Shown: positions 1 to 6,426 of the stretch, one piece after another | Position numbering within the stretch: position 1 is the first letter of the stretch | How the letters are laid out: each line of letters begins with the position of its first letter | Assembly: GCA_043732485.1 (NCBI GenBank) | Contig: JAYTHP010000007.1 | Location: 1 to 20,200 of the forward strand | DNA: 20,200 nucleotides | Source of the DNA: Oligoflexia bacterium | GTDB lineage: Bacteria; Bdellovibrionota; UBA1018 | Direction: 5' to 3' | Notes under the pieces: generated by a model | Seen by the model: only the letters and a program-made list of their open reading frames with translations | Told to the model about the DNA's origin: nothing | Databases searched by the model: none | Program-made: the position numbers and the translations under genes

Positions 1-616
1 CCAATACATCCGAAGAAGGATAAGGAAGCCGCAAACGGATGGAAAAAAAAACCCCAAAAATTCATAAATCAGCTACAAAAAGAAAATCCCAGCGCGGAGG
101 TTGAGGTCTGGTACCAGGATGAAGCCCGGTTTGGGCAGACGGGCATTGTCTCTAAGATCTGGACAGAGAGGGGGTTCCGTCCAATTCGGGCTCGACAAAA
201 TGGATTTAAGAGCGCATATTAATTCGGCGCCGTTAATCCAGTAAGCGGCGAGAAGTTTTCCCTCCTTTATGACGGTCTTGACACTGGAGTGATGAATCAT
301 TTTTTGCAAGGAATGAGTAAAAAATTAGGGCCTAAAAAATTAGCAGTTGTAATTACAAGCGGCGCCGGGTGGCATCAATCCGATGATCTGATTGTTCCAG
401 AAAATATTATCCTCTATCATCTTCCGCCATACTCTCCAGAACTAAATCCTATCGAGCAAATATGAGGGTACCTTAAGAGTAACTTTCTTTCTGGTCGTAT
501 TTTCCAAAGTATAGAAGAAATTATATCGTGGGGGTGCGAGATCATGGAACCAATTAACAGAAAAAGTTATAAAGTCTATATGTGCTTCCGGTTTGCGCGT
601 AAAGACTATGAGCTAA
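1..616 (+). pseudogene. IS630-family DDE transposase, inactivated
   Basis: In-frame stops TAA 220-222 (AY*FGA) and TGA 463-465 (EQI*GYLK, conserved Trp position). The second catalytic Asp is lost (VITSGAGWH instead of xxDGAGWH). A frameshift near 541 continues as WNQLTEKVIKSICASG to TAA 614-616. Confidence 0.88.
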
Positions 617-630
617 AAGTTTTTTGTATA
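1..630 (+). mobile_element. IS630-family insertion sequence remnant (3' part; left end outside window)
   Basis: Frame 1 reads PIHPKK...WKKK...VWYQDEARFGQ...FGAVNP...GAGWH...LPPYSPELNPIEQI, the typical IS630 DDE transposase motif series. The element appears to end at ...TTTTTGTATA (621-630); IS630 elements insert at TA. The exact right end is inferred. Confidence 0.9.
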
Positions 631-1625
631 AGTTGGTTTCGCACGGCACAACGATTGAAGTTTTGTCAAGCGGTTCGGCGGTGCACCAGGGTCAGACGGT
701 TGCTTTGGGGGGTGAGCGGCTCGCGTTTAGCTCAGCGGCTACGGTGCAAGAGCTGTACTATCAGCTGGATGCGGGCTCTCAGCCGTTGCAGTTCGTTTTT
801 GGCACAGTTGCCTATTCGCTAGGGGTGGGCGGTAATTTAAGTGGTTTTTTGAAGCGCTTGTTTCGCGAAGAAGTTTTGGAGTATTCACAGGCTTTTGATC
901 GTACGCGCCACCTGGCGCTGCAGCGGATCACGGAAGAGGCTAAAAAATGGCAAAGCCAACGCGGTCATTGGGATTGAAACCACGGTGACCAACCTCATGG
1001 GCTCGCAAGAGATGTTAATGACCGCCTCCTTTCATCCGGCGCTTGCTGCTGAGGCCGGTCACCCAGTGACCTGCGAAATGACCCACGAAGAGTTATGGAA
1101 CAGGGTGAACTGGGGCTATTTGCCAGTCAGGCTGGTCATGGGCGTTTCGGTTTATTCTTTGGACGTTGCCGGGGGGGGGTGGTTGCAGCCATGAGCTCGC
1201 TTGGGGGTGGGGATTTTGACACCCTCACTCAGCTGATCTACGAAGCGCGCGAGAAGTCGTTGGAGCGCATTCAAGGCGATGCGCAAAAATGTGGCGCTGA
1301 CGAGGTGGTAGGCGTGAAAACTCATGTCTATGACCTCGTCAGCGGGTTGATCGAATTCCTCGCCATTGGCACAGCGGTTAAAAAGATAGCAGGAATCACC
1401 ACCCAGCACGCTTCGTTACTGCTGCAGGTGGTGATTCCCGAGCGTGAGACCTACTTTGAAGGCGGAGGCGAGGACGGGGCCCTTGCCGTGACCTTTTCTG
1501 GTGCTCGCGGCGAGCTTGACGCTTCCAGTAAAGTAAAGCTGGGACTGCTAAAACAAGTTCTGGGTGTTTTGACGGTTTTTTTACGCCTGGATGAGCTAGC
1601 TGCGTTTGCGCCTGTAAAACACTAA
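631..1625 (+). pseudogene. Multi-domain YbjQ/UPF0145 (putative heavy-metal-binding domain) protein, 5'-truncated and frameshifted
   Basis: ORFs 624-977, 895-1194 and 1095-1625 join into one protein with repeated YbjQ-type motifs: AYSLGVGG..EYSQAFDRTRHLALQRITEEAK-(A)NAVIGIET and VYSL..GG..LTQLIYEAREKSLERIQGDAQKCGADEVVGVK..IEFLAIGTAV. Frame changes fall near the A6 run (942-947) and the G9 run (1171-1179). The N-terminus is missing at the IS630 end. Confidence 0.8.
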
Positions 1626-1862
1626 ACACCTCAGGCCCGCGACGGCTTGCTCCTCCCGGCAATGCGTCGCGGCAATCCCTAGAGCGAGGTGTTGTGATCT
1701 GCCGCTCCCTCTCGTCTCTTTGCCTTGAAATGTTCGCTGTGACATAGCGTTGCTCTGCCTCCATTGACAGCGGGACTCTCACCCGCAAGTTATTGCTCCC
1801 TTTGCATGGCACACAAACATGGGTGCTCAATTTCGTGGCAGCGAATATCTACTATCTAGGGG

Positions 1863-2492
1863 TTATTTATTTTTAATATTAAAATTTAATGTTTTTTCTT
1901 CACCACTGGGAAAAATGAGCTTCACGGCCCAAGGTCCCCTCATTGCAAACGTTGCTCTCAAGACATAATTTCCTGGTGACTTTTCCTTTACCTTCTCTTC
2001 ATTCGTTCCCATATCCATACTGGTCATAAACACTTCCGCTTTAAGTTTAAGCCCTTTTGCTGGTTTTTGTTCTTTTTGGATGGAGAGCTCAATGGGGTTT
2101 GCTCCAACGTTGAATTTTCTTACATCACCTTTAACTACGACGTCGTATGAAAAACTTTTTTCCGACGCACCTGAAACAGATTTTTCTGATTTGGCAGCGT
2201 CACCCTGGTCTTGAGCAGCTTTCTGATCCATGGGCTGATCATTCATAGCTATGGCCATATCCATATCCATGCTTTCGTAACTTGAGCCTTCGACCATCAT
2301 AAGATTTTGCATCCGAACGATGGGTGTTTTGTCGCCAAAACCCCGTACCTCGTCGAAATCCTCATCGCCTTCGAGCACATAAGTTTTTGTGGGTTCTAAA
2401 ACTGGCATTGAGGGCATTGATTCCTTTTCAGCCCAAGCAATGGCGGAGGTCAATAGTAAAAACAAGTAAAGTAAGGGTATCTTAATTTTCAT
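1863..2492 (-). CDS. Exported Met-rich protein with C-terminal YtkA/FixH-like Ig-fold domain (probable copper chaperone)
   Basis: Sec signal peptide (MKIKIPLLYLFLLLTSAIAWA); Met-rich tract MQNLMMVEGSSYESMDMDMAIAMNDQPM; C-terminal AEVFMTSMDMG...PGNY....TFAMRGPWAVKL matches the YtkA-like pattern. Confidence 0.75.
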   Translation of the reverse strand: MKIKIPLLYLFLLLTSAIAWAEKESMPSMPVLEPTKTYVLEGDEDFDEVRGFGDKTPIVRMQNLMMVEGSSYESMDMDMAIAMNDQPMDQKAAQDQGDAAKSEKSVSGASEKSFSYDVVVKGDVRKFNVGANPIELSIQKEQKPAKGLKLKAEVFMTSMDMGTNEEKVKEKSPGNYVLRATFAMRGPWAVKLIFPSGEEKTLNFNIKNK

Positions 2493-2509
2493 AAATTTTT
2501 TATTTTTTC

Positions 2510-3730
2510 TTAATTTGGAATGTAGTCGTACTGTTGATTGAGTAAGCTTCTTCGTGGGCTGATGTGCTGGTTAAAGACGGCATCAAAGTTAAAAAGCATG
2601 CCTAACTCAAAAATATTCTCAAAAACTATACTTTTTGACTGAACAGCTGCAAGTGCTTTTCCTCGCATTTGTCCCTGGTATTGAGCAACTAAGGAAAATC
2701 CAGTGCCAAGTTGCTTTACAGCTGTTAGAGCTGCGCCAAAAGAATCCGCATCACTCACCTTAAAGTAATTTTTGTAAGCAGCAGTAAGTGAAATCTGATA
2801 GCCAACGTTCCCGAAAGGTCGGTTGAGGTATCGAATAGATGCTGCTAATGCGTTTGAATCTGCCTGAAACGAATCAGACGTACTTTGAAAACTACCTAGG
2901 CTGCTTCCGAGACTTGCTGTATCTTGAAAGCGAACGTCAATAAGCCCTGTCACACTTTTTCTCACGTTGATGACCGCTCCAGCGTAAATCTGATGGAGGC
3001 CATTCATAGAGTTTTGAGAAACCGAGATATGCTCATATCCTATCCCCCATAGAGGAGCCGTTGAGAAGTTTTCAAGGCCTGGAGGTGCCATGTATTGAAA
3101 GGAAGCTCCAAAAGAATTGATGCCATCACTTCCGATTCCTACACTATTGATCAACTGCTGCGCGTGGATATTTTCAAAGTAAGCAAGATTTTGATTATAA
3201 GTGATCGTTGCGACGTTTGCATAACGGTGCTCTCCCGGATTGATCCCATTTGAAAATGGATCCACGGGATTTGTAAGGGTAACGAGGTCATCTCCTCTGA
3301 GCAGCGGAAAATCAATAAAATGAGAATTCTGATTGTCTGTTCTGCCAATTGCGGCTTCAAGCGTTTCAGTTTGATAGTCAAGAACGGCCTGATAAATAAA
3401 AAAGGGACTTTCTGTACCCGTACCCCTATTGGCAGCATCCGAGCTTAAGGATCCAAACTGGAAACTACCAATTCCAGTATTAAAAAGTCTTTGAGCGGCC
3501 CCAAATAAAAGTGAACTATCGCTGAAATTAAATGAGTTTGAAGATCCATGTTCTGATGTGTTGCCTAAGCCCATCGTCGCGATACCAACGCCGGAAACTT
3601 CTATTTGTGGAGCTGTACTTTGATCCTCGGGGATCGGCACAGGCTGTGCAAGAGTTGCAAAAGATGGGTTTAAAAATAATAAATTTAAAAGTATAATCGA
3701 CGCCGGCGCAAAGGAAGTTGAAGGTTTCAT
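2510..3730 (-). CDS. Putative outer-membrane porin-like beta-barrel protein
   Basis: Signal peptide; amphipathic strands (IEVSGVGIATMGL, YQAVLDYQ..LEAAIGRT, YQISLTAAYKNY, FSLVAQYQG, FELGMLFNF). Its ATG overlaps the MCO stop as ATGA (3727-3730), indicating translational coupling. Confidence 0.65.
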   Translation of the reverse strand: MKPSTSFAPASIILLNLLFLNPSFATLAQPVPIPEDQSTAPQIEVSGVGIATMGLGNTSEHGSSNSFNFSDSSLLFGAAQRLFNTGIGSFQFGSLSSDAANRGTGTESPFFIYQAVLDYQTETLEAAIGRTDNQNSHFIDFPLLRGDDLVTLTNPVDPFSNGINPGEHRYANVATITYNQNLAYFENIHAQQLINSVGIGSDGINSFGASFQYMAPPGLENFSTAPLWGIGYEHISVSQNSMNGLHQIYAGAVINVRKSVTGLIDVRFQDTASLGSSLGSFQSTSDSFQADSNALAASIRYLNRPFGNVGYQISLTAAYKNYFKVSDADSFGAALTAVKQLGTGFSLVAQYQGQMRGKALAAVQSKSIVFENIFELGMLFNFDAVFNQHISPRRSLLNQQYDYIPN

Positions 3731-4962
3731 GAGCTCACCTGAATAATTTCTGGAACTTTCACTCCGTATTTATTCGAATCTTCGTACATGAGCATTGTCA
3801 TCATGCCTCCTGGAAATTGTCCATTATTTGTCGTCGCAAGATCACTATGATCGTGAAAATGCCAGTGGCCAGGATTGGTCCCTTGGATGACAATATCTGA
3901 CGTTGTGCCAGGAAAAATAGGAATCGTATTCATTTGAATCGGATTTGAGAGTGGTGATCCGTCTTGGCAAACGTGCAAGAAGTCATGTCCGTGAAGGTGC
4001 ATGAAGTGCGGCATCATACCAGCTCCAATCATCCTGACCCGGATGTTTTCACCTGATCGGATAATGAGTTCATCCGTCATGGGGTAGGATTTTCCGTTAA
4101 TCATAAAATAATTAAAATTGGGTGGAGCATTCACACCCGCACGTGCGGCCACGTAGGGTGGGACATAACCATTTCTTACGGCGTTCACAAAGGTTTTTTT
4201 ATCCATGAACCAGCCCATCATGCGACCGTTCATTTCTTTCATAGTGAGGGAGCTATCGCTCATCTTTGCCATGACCGTCATCTCTTTGAGCATTTCTTCC
4301 ATCTGGCGTTCAACCATGACGGTATCGACTTCGCTCAGCACGAGGGTGTATTCACGTTCATAAAGAAAATATTTTTTTATGACATCGTTTTTTTGTTCAA
4401 TAATAAGAGCACCAAACATTCCCGCCTGGACGTGCAGGTTCGTCATGTTATGGCAGTGATAGAAGTGGGTGCCTGCAGGTTGGGCACGAAAAATGTATTT
4501 AAATGACTGATTAAGACCGACGCCCCACTGGGTTCCGTTCGGGACTCCGTCCATTTCATTGGGAAGCATGATTCCATGCCAATGGATGGTGTGAAACTCA
4601 GTCGTTTTGTTTGTGAAGTTAATTGAAACCCAATCTCCCTCTTTCACGCGAATCTCAGGTCCGGGATAAGTGCCGTTGTACATAAAACCGTGGATCTTCA
4701 CACCGGGAACTATCTCGTGGGTTGATATGTCGAGAACGATCTCGTATTCATGAATTCGCTCGCCAGTCTTGGGACCCGACCTTGGAGGCGCCGTAGGCTT
4801 GGTCGACCCAGCTCGAAAGTCTTTATTTGGCCATGGAGGAGAGGGCGCTGCATAGATTCTTTGAGGGCCGAGCAATAGGCCTGCTCCCAAACCCATTGTT
4901 GTGGTTCCTGCCACCCCCATAAATGCTCTTCTTGAAACCCCGTCATCTTTTTCGTCAGTCAT
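3727..4962 (-). CDS. Tat-exported two-domain multicopper oxidase (type C 2dMCO) with Met-rich insert
   Basis: Tat motif SRRAFMG. Four HxH motifs: HTIHWHG, YHCHNMTNLHVQAGM (T1 Cys/His/Met in domain 1), HFMHLHGH, WHFHDH (no T1 Cys in domain 2). 411 aa. Confidence 0.92.
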   Translation of the reverse strand: MTDEKDDGVSRRAFMGVAGTTTMGLGAGLLLGPQRIYAAPSPPWPNKDFRAGSTKPTAPPRSGPKTGERIHEYEIVLDISTHEIVPGVKIHGFMYNGTYPGPEIRVKEGDWVSINFTNKTTEFHTIHWHGIMLPNEMDGVPNGTQWGVGLNQSFKYIFRAQPAGTHFYHCHNMTNLHVQAGMFGALIIEQKNDVIKKYFLYEREYTLVLSEVDTVMVERQMEEMLKEMTVMAKMSDSSLTMKEMNGRMMGWFMDKKTFVNAVRNGYVPPYVAARAGVNAPPNFNYFMINGKSYPMTDELIIRSGENIRVRMIGAGMMPHFMHLHGHDFLHVCQDGSPLSNPIQMNTIPIFPGTTSDIVIQGTNPGHWHFHDHSDLATTNNGQFPGGMMTMLMYEDSNKYGVKVPEIIQVSS

Positions 4963-4968
4963 GAGAGA

Positions 4969-4998
4969 AGTCTAGACTTTCGCCCTCTACGGAGTCAA
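4969..4998 (-). promoter_or_regulatory. sigma70-like promoter of the MCO operon with MerR/CueR-like features
   Basis: Minus strand TTGACT-N18-TAGACT-N6-ATG; partial dyad GACTCCG...CGAAAGTC in the spacer; perfect 12-bp palindrome AAGTCTAGACTT (4968-4979) over the -10. Confidence 0.65.
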
Positions 4999-5100
4999 CA
5001 TAGATTCGTGGACCAACCGAGCATTTAACGATAAGGTCCGTGACCGGATCTAGGAACGAAGGACAACCCAGTCGACTTAGGTTTAACCAGAGCTCGCGTC

Positions 5101-5210
5101 CCCGCGTCTACTGCGAAAATCGTCCATTGCGAACAGCGTTTCGCTCTGATTGCGGCCACTTTTAGCTAGGTCCGAGGCGCTGTCCGCGATCAGAGCGTGG
5201 AAGTAGCGGG
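5101..5210. repeat. Long imperfect inverted repeats / candidate structured element
   Basis: 5142-5158 CGCTCTGATTGCGGCCA pairs with 5181-5197 TGTCCGCGATCAGAGCG. An alternative pairing is 5133-5143 with 5173-5183. Outer pairing 5101-5112 with 5202-5210. Confidence 0.55.
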
Positions 5211-5559
5211 TTCTATAGGGGTCAAAAATAGCAGGATAGCAGGGGGCTAGGAGCCACGTCAGGCGGACCGCTTGAATACTTGATCTAATTGATCGCTGAT
5301 GATTGATCCGCAGCTTCTACAACGTTCAGGAAGGGTGGATGTCGGTGGATGAGATTGAGCTCAAAAAAGTAAGCGAGTGAAGGACGCAGTTGATGGAGGT
5401 AGACTTGATCAGAATCTGATTGTGGCGTCACTGCGAGACTGCCCATTCTGCTGAAAGAAAATGCGCAGCTTCACTGAGATGACCACTGTAGGTAACGCGG
5501 AATGTCAGTCGTGCATCCCAAAAGTGGATCGCCCAAGCCGCTTCCTACCTTTGGTTTTT

Positions 5560-5680
5560 CCTCCTACTGCAACGAGGAGGGCTTCTAGGGGAATCCCCTA
5601 GGCCTAGTTTTACGTTCCCAATAGTTCTCCCGGGCCTGTTTAGGCCTTCTCCCTAGCTGCCAAAACTCCGTTGGCGCTAG
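5560..5680. repeat. Cluster of short palindromes/hairpins
   Basis: CCTCCT..AGGAGG (5560-5580), CTAGGGGAATCCCCTAG (5585-5601), CTAGGCCTAG (5598-5607), GGCCT-GTTT-AGGCC (5633-5646), CTAGCTGCCAA..TTGGCGCTAG (5653-5680). Confidence 0.5.
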
Positions 5681-5962
5681 CGGCACACTTGCTTCGACTT
5701 GTGAGTTGAATCTGCCGTCTTTGATTGTGACGTTTCACCCAACTTGACCCCCCTTTTCGCGACTTCATTCCCGCCTCTTCCGCATGTCCCCCCGGCGGTA
5801 GGCAGTGGGTAGGACGTGACAGGCATTCAGTGCTAAGATTTTTTTTCTGATCGTGCAAAAGTTGCTGTTCAGGCCTTTCTGACGGAAATAGGCGAGCTAG
5901 GTGAGATTAATGGAGACGCTCAGGGAGCACGCCAAAGCGTACGGGTCGTCGAGGAAGATTTT

Positions 5963-5975
5963 CAGGTCATTGATT
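5963..5975 (-). promoter_or_regulatory. IHF-like site near the tRNA 3' end
   Basis: Minus strand AATCAATGACCTG versus IHF consensus WATCAANNNNTTR (one mismatch), ~120 nt downstream of the tRNA. Confidence 0.3.
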
Positions 5976-6096
5976 TTATAGCGCTTTACTGAGATTTGTA
6001 GCTAGCTTGATGGGGGAAGAGAACGGGGGGTGGGATGGACCAGCTTTGGGGAAGATCGTCTCTCTCTCTTTTTTAGAAGAAGTAGGGACTTTTTTA

Positions 6097-6170
6097 TGGC
6101 TGGGGAACTAGGATTTGAACCTAGATAGCCAGAGTCAGAGTCTGGAGTCCTACCATTGGACGATTCCCCA
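6097..6170 (-). tRNA. tRNA-Gln, anticodon CUG
   Basis: TGGGGAATCGTCCAATGGTAGGACTCCAGACTCTGACTCTGGCTATCTAGGTTCAAATCCTAGTTCCCCAGCCA: 7-bp acceptor stem with U1-A72, G73, encoded CCA, anticodon arm CCAGA-CT-CTG-AC-TCTGG, T-loop GTTCAAATC. Confidence 0.98.
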
Positions 6171-6188
6171 ATTGAAGAAATGAGAATG

Positions 6189-6217
6189 AGTGTAGCCTAA
6201 AGTGAGGATCTAAGCAA
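6189..6217 (-). promoter_or_regulatory. sigma70-like promoter of tRNA-Gln
   Basis: Minus strand TTGCTT-N17-TACACT, ending 18 nt upstream of the mature tRNA 5' end. Confidence 0.7.
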
Positions 6218-6426
6218 AAGAGATTTCTTATAAAAATGTTTCAAGTCAAGCTGCCTCAGCTTCTCCCGACCCAGGCCGGGAGGAAATTCACGAAAAAGTA
6301 GGCACGAGGCTCCTTTCTCTCCGTTTTTCAGAGTTTTTGCCACTTTTTTCTTTTCCTCCTGGATCTTATTTCCTGAGGGATGATAAATTAAAGGCAACCA
6401 CGGGTCTTCACGGGAGGGAGCAAAAA

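Noticed and set aside
463..465. In-frame TGA at a conserved Trp of the transposase, suggesting a recoded genetic code
   Set aside because: The same gene also has a TAA stop, a frameshift and a lost catalytic Asp, and TGA is the normal stop of MCO, menF, menD, menH and menA. This is ordinary decay.
1396..1830. 144-aa minus-strand ORF, the 72-aa ORF at 5640-5858 and the 80-aa ORF at 6197-6439
   Set aside because: No recognisable motifs or RBS; they overlap a pseudogene, the palindrome cluster or promoter DNA. Likely spurious.
1852..1860. CTATCTAGG matching part of the tRNA as a possible att duplicate
   Set aside because: Only 9 nt, in the wrong orientation, and not the tRNA 3' end.
3727..4962. 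Copper nitrite reductase (NirK) as the identity of the two-domain copper protein
   Set aside because: It has four HxH motifs for a trinuclear cluster and lacks the NirK HNIDFH-type catalytic Asp motif.
5090..5125. HDV-like ribozyme core (GCG-TCCCCG-CGT)
   Set aside because: No matching P1, no P1.1 GG and no properly placed J4/2-P2 elements were found.
5023..5216. Integron attC site (ATTTAAC at 5023, GTTTAAC at 5081, long dyad nearby)
   Set aside because: There is no complementary R''/R' pair enclosing the dyad, no cassette array and no integrase.
1855..5591. 8-bp direct repeat TCTAGGGG (1855-1862 and 5584-5591) flanking the copper operon as a target-site duplication
   Set aside because: It is too short to exclude chance in a CTAG-rich region, and there are no adjoining terminal inverted repeats or transposase.
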